Shown here one piece after another: positions 1 to 7,969 of a stretch of 64,000 nucleotides of DNA (within the stretch, counting starts at the first letter, position 1; the number at the start of each line of letters is the position of its first letter). Below the pieces are notes generated by a model. That model searched no databases and was not told the DNA's origin. It was given only the letters and a program-made list of their open reading frames with translations. Origin of the DNA: a bacterium (GTDB lineage Bacteria; Patescibacteriota; Minisyncoccia; Phycocordibacterales; UBA9973); contig JBAXXQ010000001.1 in assembly GCA_037127795.1 (NCBI GenBank), positions 252,274 to 316,273 on the forward strand, given 5' to 3'. The position numbers and the translations under genes were made by a program.

Positions 1-3
1 ATT

Positions 4-339
4 ATGATAGTGCTTTTAAAAACTTTTTTGTTTGTCGGTATTATTGCCGTGTCTGTATTGTTTCTCTATATTATTGGGTGGTACTTAGGGCGACGCAATT
101 TATTTGTCCCAGGTGGTAAGAATGCAACAATAATTCTTATTGCACTGACAATTTTGGGCGGGATACCAGCATTGCTTTATATTCCACATATTCCTTCTAT
201 TATGGATACAGGAAAGGATGGTGTAGATGCTGGAGTATGGCTTATGATCGGTAGTTTTGTATCAAACGCTATTACTATTATGAATGGTGCCAAGTCCGGG
301 CAAAAAAGTATAACGAAAGAAGTTCTCAAAAAACCGTAG
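4..339 (+). CDS. hypothetical membrane protein (about 3 TM)
   Basis: 111-aa ORF with three hydrophobic stretches, followed by a hairpin terminator; may extend beyond the window start. Confidence 0.65.
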   Translation: MIVLLKTFLFVGIIAVSVLFLYIIGWYLGRRNLFVPGGKNATIILIALTILGGIPALLYIPHIPSIMDTGKDGVDAGVWLMIGSFVSNAITIMNGAKSGQKSITKEVLKKP

Positions 340-395
340 CAGGTAAAATGTAAAAATTTAATATTGAGATATTGTACTGTAGTATCTTTGTATTT

Positions 396-425
396 AAAAA
401 GCCGCAATATATTTGCGGCTTTTTT
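396..425. terminator. intrinsic, possibly bidirectional, terminator
   Basis: AAAAA-GCCGCAA-loop-TTGCGGC-TTTTTT. Confidence 0.75.
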
Positions 426-466
426 GTATGATATACTAGTGATATTATAATTTTTTTACAGACCAT

Positions 467-916
467 ATGATACAGATTTTTTTATTGGGAATTTTGGGGG
501 CGGTTATTAGTGCAATTATAGGGACTATCTGGTATTCACCAAATACTCCTATGGGAAAAATCCATATGGAATCTATCGGATTTTCGAAGCTTTCAAAAGA
601 AGAGCAAGAAAAAAAGATTGTAGCAATGAAGCCACACATGTGGAAAAGCTATCTCGCGCAAATGTTCTTCTCTTTTTTGTCTGCAGTATTTATTGCATTT
701 GTTATGACGATGACCAAGCAAAATGGCGTTGCACCATATATAGTATATTTTTATGTACTTTCTGTTTGGCTTTGTTTTACTGCGCCTTTGATAGGACAGT
801 CATTGCTTTGGGGGAATTGCGATCCAAAATTGAAATGGAAAAAATTCTTCTCAGATATTTTTGCAAACTTGGTGATGTTTGTAGTGATAGTATTTGTGTG
901 TAGTTTGATAGTATAA
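467..916 (+). CDS. DUF1761-like membrane protein
   Basis: Four hydrophobic helices with N-terminal GTIWYSP..MGK..M motif typical of this family. Confidence 0.6.
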   Translation: MIQIFLLGILGAVISAIIGTIWYSPNTPMGKIHMESIGFSKLSKEEQEKKIVAMKPHMWKSYLAQMFFSFLSAVFIAFVMTMTKQNGVAPYIVYFYVLSVWLCFTAPLIGQSLLWGNCDPKLKWKKFFSDIFANLVMFVVIVFVCSLIV

Positions 917-931
917 AAATAATATAAATAT

Positions 932-1333
932 ATGTTAAAAGAATTTAAACAATTTTTATTGAGAGGTAATGTAGTAGATCTCGCAGTCGGTGTGGTTATT
1001 GGTGCAGCGTTTGGTACTATTGTGACAGCGCTTGTTGCAGATTTACTCACCCCATTGATAGCCGCTATTGCAAAGGTTCCAGATTTTTCTGGTATGTTTT
1101 TCACTATTCACGGAAGTAAATTTATGTACGGACATTTTATCAATGCACTGTTCTCATTTTTACTTGTTGCTTCATCGGTATTTTTCTTTGTAGTAAAACC
1201 AATGAATGTACTCATTGCGCGTTCTCGTAAAGAGGTTCCTATAGACCCAACAACAAAAAAATGTACTGAATGTCTTAGCGAGATCCCAATAGATGCAAAG
1301 CGTTGCGCGCATTGTACACAAATAATTGTATAA
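932..1333 (+). CDS. mscL: large-conductance mechanosensitive channel with C-terminal CxxC...CxxC ribbon
   Basis: MLKEFKQFLLRGNVVDLAVGVVIGAAFGTIV signature; C-terminal KCTECLSEIPIDAKRCAHC. Confidence 0.95.
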   Translation: MLKEFKQFLLRGNVVDLAVGVVIGAAFGTIVTALVADLLTPLIAAIAKVPDFSGMFFTIHGSKFMYGHFINALFSFLLVASSVFFFVVKPMNVLIARSRKEVPIDPTTKKCTECLSEIPIDAKRCAHCTQIIV

Positions 1334-1337
1334 AAAT

Positions 1338-1366
1338 AAAAAGCTCAACCTAGGTTGAGCTTTTTT
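1338..1366. terminator. intrinsic terminator
   Basis: AAAAA-GCTCAACC-TA-GGTTGAGC-TTTTTT. Confidence 0.8.
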
Positions 1367-1399
1367 CGATGTAATACTTATTAGGGAAAAGTCTATATA

Positions 1400-1428
1400 T
1401 TGACATAAATATGTATATATGCTATCAT
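1400..1428 (+). promoter_or_regulatory. sigma70-type promoter with extended -10
   Basis: TTGACA-17 nt-TATCAT with TG upstream of the -10. Confidence 0.7.
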
Positions 1429-1468
1429 ATATACAAATATATTGTTTAAAAATCAAAATTTTTTTATT

Positions 1469-2017
1469 ATGGAATCTAGTCTTTTTTGGAGTCATGCATT
1501 AATGCACAGTACTCCGTTGTATGTTTTTGTTATAGCGCACGGCATTATGTACAGCATGCTCCTGTTAGGGAGAAAGGTTTTTGAAGGTCATGCATATGAT
1601 GTATCCTTATCTTCAAGATATGGAGACATAGGCCTGACCGCCTTCTGTATATATGCTGGGTATATATTACAACAACATGAAGCTCGTGAATTTATTGGTA
1701 GTTGGATGGAGAATCCGGTATATCATTATTGTTCACTTGGAGCTGCTGTTATATGTGCTGCTGTATATTTTATTGACCAAAAGCCAAAATACGAAATGGA
1801 TGGCTGGCACGCTATAGTGGTAGTACCATTGTTTGTGTACTTTATTGGTACACTTGCTCCGGTGTATTATTATTTCGGCTCTCCAGTACAGATTGCTATC
1901 GGTGTCTTATTCCTTGTCTCATGGATAATTTTTCTTATCATAGACATAAGAGAGGAAAGACTAAACCAAAGAATGTGGCTTGCAATACATAAGCCGTGGG
2001 TTCGATTTAAAAAGTAG
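1469..2017 (+). CDS. orphan multi-pass membrane protein
   Basis: About five TM segments; ATG at 1469 preferred over TTG at 1442; own promoter and terminator (2040-2072). Confidence 0.7.
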   Translation: MESSLFWSHALMHSTPLYVFVIAHGIMYSMLLLGRKVFEGHAYDVSLSSRYGDIGLTAFCIYAGYILQQHEAREFIGSWMENPVYHYCSLGAAVICAAVYFIDQKPKYEMDGWHAIVVVPLFVYFIGTLAPVYYYFGSPVQIAIGVLFLVSWIIFLIIDIREERLNQRMWLAIHKPWVRFKK

Positions 2018-2120
2018 TTTTTAACTGGGTATTTTATCCAAAAAGGTCTTCGTTTTTACGGAGACCTTTTTTATTTGTGTATATACCTTTTCTGGTATAG
2101 AATGCGAAAAAAATAATTGT

Positions 2121-2609
2121 ATGAGAAAAAAACCTTTTTGGGTTACTGAACGTGATAAACGTTCTTTAAAAAGTGACCATATCAACAAAGTTTTAGGAGA
2201 AAAAAATGTTATTCATAGAAAAAAATCTGATATTGTACATTCAGAAAAAATCATGACAAAACATCATCGGAGACCTCGCGCTCTTGATGGAAGTAATTTT
2301 CCATCAAATATTTCCATGATTTCAAATGAGATCCATAAGGCCTGGACTCTTATTATGGGTGATATGAGTGCGGAGCAAATTTGTAATCATATAAATATAC
2401 ATTTTAAACCTAGAAGTGCTACGGTTATATGTATTTTTATTAATGGGCATCGTTGTAAAAAAGCTGGTGCACCTGGGACCCATGATGAAGCAAAGATTTC
2501 TTATGCATGGAGAATTTTATTTAAGGATTGTAGAAGTTTTAAAAGTAAAATTGATTTTATCAACAGTACCTTACTTGACCCAAGCTATCATCTGTACATC
2601 AGGTATTAA
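2121..2609 (+). CDS. HNH-like (beta-beta-alpha-Me) nuclease-fold protein
   Basis: KHHRRPRALDGSNFPSNISMISNEIHKAW resembles HHxxPxxxGG...N...H; terminator at 2611-2645. Confidence 0.5.
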   Translation: MRKKPFWVTERDKRSLKSDHINKVLGEKNVIHRKKSDIVHSEKIMTKHHRRPRALDGSNFPSNISMISNEIHKAWTLIMGDMSAEQICNHINIHFKPRSATVICIFINGHRCKKAGAPGTHDEAKISYAWRILFKDCRSFKSKIDFINSTLLDPSYHLYIRY

Positions 2610-2660
2610 TAAAATCCCACCAGACGTGTGTTTGGTGGGATTTTTATATATACTATACCT

Positions 2661-3707
2661 ATGGAAACAACAATTAGAAAAACTATTGGTATATGTGGAG
2701 TGGTCGTAGGGTTTGGGGCAATGCTCTATGTTTTATTTATTGCAAAAACTATTTTGTTGTATCTCGTCGTTGCTATCATGCTCGCTATAGCAATATATCC
2801 GCTCGTTTCTCGTATTGAAAAAATACTACACGTGCGAAAAACACTCGCTGTCATACTTTCATATATTATTTTAGGGGTACTAGTTGGTCTTATTATTGGA
2901 GAGGTTATTGTACCACTTGCACACCAAGGGACTTCGTTCATTCGCAATATTCCTACTGTGTGGAGTACGTTTTTGCAAAATCCTCACGTCTTGGAATTGG
3001 TGACTCGGTATCATTTAGAAAATAGTCTCGCGCAACTCTCAAATCAGACATCAGGAATATTGCTTGGTGGAGGAGGATCTATTGTTGTTATTACAGGAAG
3101 TATTATTGCGCAAATAACAGCGACTACTATAGTATTGGTTTTGACATTTTTATTACAAATTGAAGGAGAAAATATTTGGCATTCACTACTTGGTTTTCTC
3201 ACAGAAAAAGATGCGGCAAATGCAAGACGTATCGGAGCAAAAATTACTAAAGCAATCAGTGGGTTTGTTTCAGGAAATTTGTTTATCAGTCTCATTGCGG
3301 GGACAGTAACATTCTTTACGTTGTGGCTACTCAAAGTACCCTATGCATTTGCGCTTGCGGGGCTTGTCGCGGTATTTGATCTTATCCCGCTTATTGGCGC
3401 CTCTATCGCAACTATTGCTATCGGGCTTGTCGCACTTTCAAAAGGACTTTTTGTGGCAATTCTTGCGGTGGGCATTATCTTGATATATCAGTTTGTTGAA
3501 GGGCATTTTATACAACCAATTGTGTATTCAAAATCTATCAATCTCTCTGCGTTGATAATTGTTATTGCTAGTGTGTTTGGTGCAGAGCTTGGAGGTATAC
3601 TCGGTATCTTGATGGCTATACCAGTAGCGGCTGTTATTCAAATAATTTGTATTGAGACATACGAATTTTTTGCAAATAGAAAAGTGCATACAGAGGTTGT
3701 AGGGTAA
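2661..3707 (+). CDS. AI-2E (PerM/UPF0118) family transporter
   Basis: About 8 TM; LIPLIGA, QFVEGHFIQPIVY and GGILGILMAIPVAA motifs. Confidence 0.9.
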   Translation: METTIRKTIGICGVVVGFGAMLYVLFIAKTILLYLVVAIMLAIAIYPLVSRIEKILHVRKTLAVILSYIILGVLVGLIIGEVIVPLAHQGTSFIRNIPTVWSTFLQNPHVLELVTRYHLENSLAQLSNQTSGILLGGGGSIVVITGSIIAQITATTIVLVLTFLLQIEGENIWHSLLGFLTEKDAANARRIGAKITKAISGFVSGNLFISLIAGTVTFFTLWLLKVPYAFALAGLVAVFDLIPLIGASIATIAIGLVALSKGLFVAILAVGIILIYQFVEGHFIQPIVYSKSINLSALIIVIASVFGAELGGILGILMAIPVAAVIQIICIETYEFFANRKVHTEVVG

Positions 3708-3765
3708 AAAAAATGATTTATTGACATTTCAATATTTTAAAGTAGTATTACAAAAAATATTGTAA

Positions 3766-4254
3766 ATGAAAAAAACGAAAAAAGTGTGCGTAATTGCACT
3801 ATCTTTTGGTATGCGTAGTCTTACCGAAAATAGAAGAGATGAATACGGTATTAGTAATTATTCTATTGCACAAGTTGCGATGGGATATAACCTTCCTATT
3901 ATTTCTCAGTGGGAAATTTCGAGATTGTTATCTATCGAAAAAGTTACACCTGTTCTTTCTGTGGAGTCAAAAAGAGGTAAATATCTTGATTCTCGAGATG
4001 TACTCATTGCGGCAAAAAACTTCATGGATCAAAACGGTTTTACTCATGCGGTATTGGTCGGACATCATGCACATCTACCAAGGGTGCGTATGATAGCTGA
4101 ATCAATGAAAATTGATTTGGAGAGAGATCTTGATAATTATTGGTGGATTCCTTATGATAATTTTTCTACACAGTGGTGGACCAGAACGTGGTATTTTTGG
4201 TGGCTTCGTGAACCGTTGGTATATATTCATCATCTAACTAAAGGGTGGATATAA
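3766..4254 (+). CDS. DUF218/YdcF-like protein
   Basis: LVGHHAHLPRV resembles the VT..HxxRA motif, with C-terminal WLRE; TTGACA promoter at 3721 and terminator at 4265-4293. Confidence 0.45.
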   Translation: MKKTKKVCVIALSFGMRSLTENRRDEYGISNYSIAQVAMGYNLPIISQWEISRLLSIEKVTPVLSVESKRGKYLDSRDVLIAAKNFMDQNGFTHAVLVGHHAHLPRVRMIAESMKIDLERDLDNYWWIPYDNFSTQWWTRTWYFWWLREPLVYIHHLTKGWI

Positions 4255-4324
4255 AAATGTATTTAAAAGCTATTCGTAATAGGATGGCTTTTTTATTTTG
4301 TATATATTGGTATACTTATCACAT

Positions 4325-4570
4325 ATGGAAGACTCAAAAGAAATTTGGTTTAGACGCAAATTGTATGGCTGGGGGTGGACACCTTGTACATGGCAAGGCT
4401 GGGCAACACTACTCGCATAGGTAGTAATTGTTGCAGTATTGGCAGGAGGGCTCGATTACTTTTTTTGGAGGAAAATAGGAGTATTACTTGCTACCGCTAT
4501 GCTCATATATATTTGCTACACCAAAGGAGAAAAGCCGTGCTGGCAGTGGGGGAAGCGCAAAGATTTATAA
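4325..4570 (+). pseudogene. small Trp-rich membrane protein interrupted by one in-frame TAG (missed by the ORF track)
   Basis: Manual translation: MEDSKEIWFRRKLYGWGWTPCTWQGWATLLA*VVIVAVLAGGLDYFFWRKIGVLLATAMLIYICYTKGEKPCWQWGKRKDL; TGGTATACT promoter 8 nt upstream. Confidence 0.7.
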
Positions 4571-4617
4571 TTGACTTTATTTGTATATATGATACAATAT
4601 GAAAAATTATTGTATAT

Positions 4618-4944
4618 ATGACAACAGCAAAAGGTGGTACACCGTACATCCCACAAAGTACGTCGCACAAAAACTCTCATGTAGTTCATGATGACGTGAT
4701 TAATAACTACATTGCAGATTCTGGAAAATTTAAAGTATGCAGACTCATTCACGGAAGAGAATCAAAGCGCCTCGGAGGAAAAGACTTTAATACAGTAACA
4801 GAAGCCTTGCAGGTTGCTGAGCATTTTATCAAACAGAGGGCGACTTCTGTTCAGGTTTTTGATGATCAAGGGAAAGATTTGCTTTCCAATGGAAAAGTAA
4901 AAGATGAATATTTATATTTGTTGGATACAGTCCCTACTGCCTAA
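4618..4944 (+). CDS. orphan hypothetical protein
   Basis: 108-aa ORF flanked by a TTGACT/TACAAT promoter (4571-4598) and a long hairpin terminator (4951-4994). Confidence 0.65.
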   Translation: MTTAKGGTPYIPQSTSHKNSHVVHDDVINNYIADSGKFKVCRLIHGRESKRLGGKDFNTVTEALQVAEHFIKQRATSVQVFDDQGKDLLSNGKVKDEYLYLLDTVPTA

Positions 4945-5016
4945 GTTAGTAAGCCCGAGAAAAAATGAAATATCATTTTTTCTCGGGCTTTTTTGTTTTT
5001 GTGATAAAATCAAAAC

Positions 5017-6093
5017 ATGCGTATAGAAAATGAAATAAAACTTGATTATAGTGATGTGTTGTTGCGACCAAAAAGAAGTACTCTTGAATCTCGTAAAGAA
5101 GTAGAGCTTGAGCGAACTATGGCATTTTATCATTCATCCAAAACATGGACAGGTATTCCTATTATGGCGGCAAATATGGCAACGTGTGGGACATTCGATA
5201 TGGCTCGTGCACTCGCGCCACACAAAATGATTACGACATTTCATAAATACTATACTGTCGCAGACTACACAGAATTCTTTTCTTCTTTTAATAATCCTGA
5301 CTACATTGCATACACGCTCGGTATACGCGATGAAGATATTGCAAAATTGCGAGAAATGATAGACACCAAGCTGATATACAATTTTTCTTTTATTTGTATC
5401 GATGTACCCAATGGTTATTTGGAACGATTTTTAGAAGCAATAAAATTGGTACGTTCATTGTGTCCTGATCATATTATTATTGCTGGTAATGTTGTAACAA
5501 ATGAAATGACTGAAGAGATAATTCTCTCTGGTGCAGATATTGTAAAGGTAGGTATTGGCCCAGGATCTGTGTGTACTACTCGTCGTATGACGGGTGTCGG
5601 ATATCCGCAACTTTCTGCGGTTATAGAATGTGCTGATGCGGCGCACGGTATCTCAAATGGGCGTGGCGGATACGGACTCGTGATTGCAGACGGCGGACAA
5701 CAATACCCTTCATGTATTGCAAAAGCGTTTTGTGGGGGAGCAGACTTTAATATGGCAGGGTCACTATTTTCTGGTTTTGATGAAAGTGCGGGGAATGTGA
5801 TAGAAAAAGATGGGAAAAAGTTTAAAGAATATTTTGGTTCATCATCAAATAAAGCATTGCAAGATTTTTATGGTAAAAAAGATGCACACCGAGCTTCAGA
5901 AGGACGCTTTGTATTGATGCCATACAAGGGTGGTAGTGTAAATGTTTTTATACAAGATTTGTTCGGCTCACTTCGTAGTACAGGTACCTATATTGGTGCA
6001 AAACGACTCAAAGAATTTCCAAAACGTGCGACATTTATACAAGTGCACCACCAACTTACTACCTATTTAGAAAAATACGATATCGGAGAATAG
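5017..6093 (+). CDS. guaC: GMP reductase
   Basis: KLDYSDVLLRPKRSTLESR, catalytic loop KVGIGPGSVCTTR and IADGG; no CBS domains. Confidence 0.93.
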   Translation: MRIENEIKLDYSDVLLRPKRSTLESRKEVELERTMAFYHSSKTWTGIPIMAANMATCGTFDMARALAPHKMITTFHKYYTVADYTEFFSSFNNPDYIAYTLGIRDEDIAKLREMIDTKLIYNFSFICIDVPNGYLERFLEAIKLVRSLCPDHIIIAGNVVTNEMTEEIILSGADIVKVGIGPGSVCTTRRMTGVGYPQLSAVIECADAAHGISNGRGGYGLVIADGGQQYPSCIAKAFCGGADFNMAGSLFSGFDESAGNVIEKDGKKFKEYFGSSSNKALQDFYGKKDAHRASEGRFVLMPYKGGSVNVFIQDLFGSLRSTGTYIGAKRLKEFPKRATFIQVHHQLTTYLEKYDIGE

Positions 6094-6133
6094 TGAGGTG
6101 CTATATATAGATTTTGTGCTATACTAAGCCCCT

Positions 6134-7546
6134 ATGAAATTATTTTCCAGAAAAACAAAAATTATCGCAACCATTGGCCCGGGGTCAGAATCAAAAGAAA
6201 TGTTCGCAAAACTTATTCACGCAGGGGTGAATGTAGCGCGTACCAATATGAGTCATGATGATCACGCAGGGCACACCAAGCGTATCAAAACTATTCGTGC
6301 TGTTTCAAAAAAAGAAGGAGTACCAGTAGCTATCTTGCAAGATCTTTCAGGACCAAAAATCCGTATTGGAGACTTTGCACAAGGACCTGTTGAGCTCGTA
6401 CCAGGAAAGCAATTTATTCTTTCAGGAACTCCTTGTGAAGGAGACGCAACAAAAGTATTTTTCAATTACCCAGATATTCGTCGCGATCTCAAGGTAGGAC
6501 AAGTGATCATGCTTGATGATGGAAAAAAGAAACTCGTAGTAACAAAAATTGCAGGAGATGATATCATAACAAAAGTTGTTGTCGGTGGTACAACAAAATC
6601 TCGTCGTGGGGTGAACCTCCCAGGTGCATACCTTTCTATTTCTGCACTCACAGACAAAGACAAAAAAGATCTCGCACTCGGTCTTGAGCTTGGTGTAGAT
6701 ATTATTGCATTGTCATTTGTGCGTACCGCAAAAGATATTGAAGAGCTTCGTGGTTTGATAAAAAAAGCAAAAGGTAATCAACTCATTGTTGCAAAGATTG
6801 AGACAGAAGAAGCAATTGCAAATATTGATGAAATTATTGCAGCAACAGATGCAGTTATGGTTGCTCGTGGAGATCTCGCTGTAGAGATTGGTCCAGAACG
6901 TGTTCCTGCTATTCAAAAAACTATTATAAAAAAATGTAATGATCTTGGTAAGCCGGTTATTGTTGCAACACAAATGCTCGAATCAATGATTCAAAGTCCA
7001 GTACCTACTCGTGCTGAAGTTTCAGACGTTGCGAATGCAATTTTTGATGGTGCAGATGCAGTCATGCTTTCAGAAGAAACAGCACTCGGTGCATATCCAG
7101 TAGAAGCAGTAACTACTATGCATCATGTTGCGCTCGATATTGAAGCACACATTGGGACACACCGTAGATTCCGTGTTCGTCATGACGATATTGTAGACTC
7201 TATTAGTTCTTCTGTAGTACACAACGCTGAAGACGCACATGCTCGTGCTATTGTTGCGCTTACTTCGAGTGGATTCACTCCTCGTATGATTGCTCGATAC
7301 AAGCCACAACAACCAATCATTGTACTTACTAGTTCAGAGCTTGTTGCTCGCCAAGTAATGCTTTCATATGGTTGTTTCCCAATTGTAGAAAAGAAATTCA
7401 AAGATATTTCTCAAGTTATGAAGGGGGTACATACATACTTGGAGCAAAAAGATTTGATCAATAAAAAAGATATCGTTATTCTATCAGCGGGGACTCCATG
7501 GGGTGTTTCTGGTGGTACAAACATGCTCGCAGTGCTTTCTCAATAG
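6134..7546 (+). CDS. pyk: pyruvate kinase
   Basis: RKTKIIATIGP, DLSGPKIR, MVARGDL, ATQMLESMI..PVPTRAE. Confidence 0.98.
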   Translation: MKLFSRKTKIIATIGPGSESKEMFAKLIHAGVNVARTNMSHDDHAGHTKRIKTIRAVSKKEGVPVAILQDLSGPKIRIGDFAQGPVELVPGKQFILSGTPCEGDATKVFFNYPDIRRDLKVGQVIMLDDGKKKLVVTKIAGDDIITKVVVGGTTKSRRGVNLPGAYLSISALTDKDKKDLALGLELGVDIIALSFVRTAKDIEELRGLIKKAKGNQLIVAKIETEEAIANIDEIIAATDAVMVARGDLAVEIGPERVPAIQKTIIKKCNDLGKPVIVATQMLESMIQSPVPTRAEVSDVANAIFDGADAVMLSEETALGAYPVEAVTTMHHVALDIEAHIGTHRRFRVRHDDIVDSISSSVVHNAEDAHARAIVALTSSGFTPRMIARYKPQQPIIVLTSSELVARQVMLSYGCFPIVEKKFKDISQVMKGVHTYLEQKDLINKKDIVILSAGTPWGVSGGTNMLAVLSQ

Positions 7547-7563
7547 TGGTATACTAGAGAGGT

Positions 7564-7920
7564 ATGAATATCATAATAAAATCAACAAACATGGAGCTTA
7601 CTCCGGCGATTAAGGATTATGCAGAAAAGCGTATCTCAAAAGCAATTGTAAAATATGTCACTGATGCCGCAGATCTTTCTATAGAAGTTGCAAAGACTAC
7701 CAATCATCACAAAAACGGTGATGTATTTATGGCAGAAACAAATGTCACTACTCCACTCGGTACACAATATCGCGCAGTGTCTGAAAAACCAGATCTCTAC
7801 GAAGCGATAGATGATGTCCGTGATACATTGGTACGTGAATTAAATAACTCAAAAGATAAAAAAGAAAATCTCTGGAGACGAAGCTCTCGCGCAATCAAAA
7901 AGATGGTACGAAAGTGGTAG
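7564..7920 (+). CDS. hpf: ribosome hibernation factor (HPF/RaiA)
   Basis: NMELTPAIKDYAEKRI and DLYEAID motifs. Confidence 0.9.
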   Translation: MNIIIKSTNMELTPAIKDYAEKRISKAIVKYVTDAADLSIEVAKTTNHHKNGDVFMAETNVTTPLGTQYRAVSEKPDLYEAIDDVRDTLVRELNNSKDKKENLWRRSSRAIKKMVRKW

Positions 7921-7969
7921 TATTACGATAGTAAAAATAATAAGCATAGAGTATACTGTATGTATCTCT

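Noticed and set aside
4418-4420. Genome-wide stop-codon reassignment
   Set aside because: TAG ends guaC, pyk, hpf and fmt at expected lengths, TGA ends the DUF4446 gene, and long core genes contain no in-frame TGA
4375-4602. 75-aa ORF from the provided track
   Set aside because: Out-of-frame shadow of the better-supported 4325-4570 gene
1400-4994. Integron cassette array
   Set aside because: The hairpins have A/T tails typical of terminators, lack attC R-box ends, and no IntI is present
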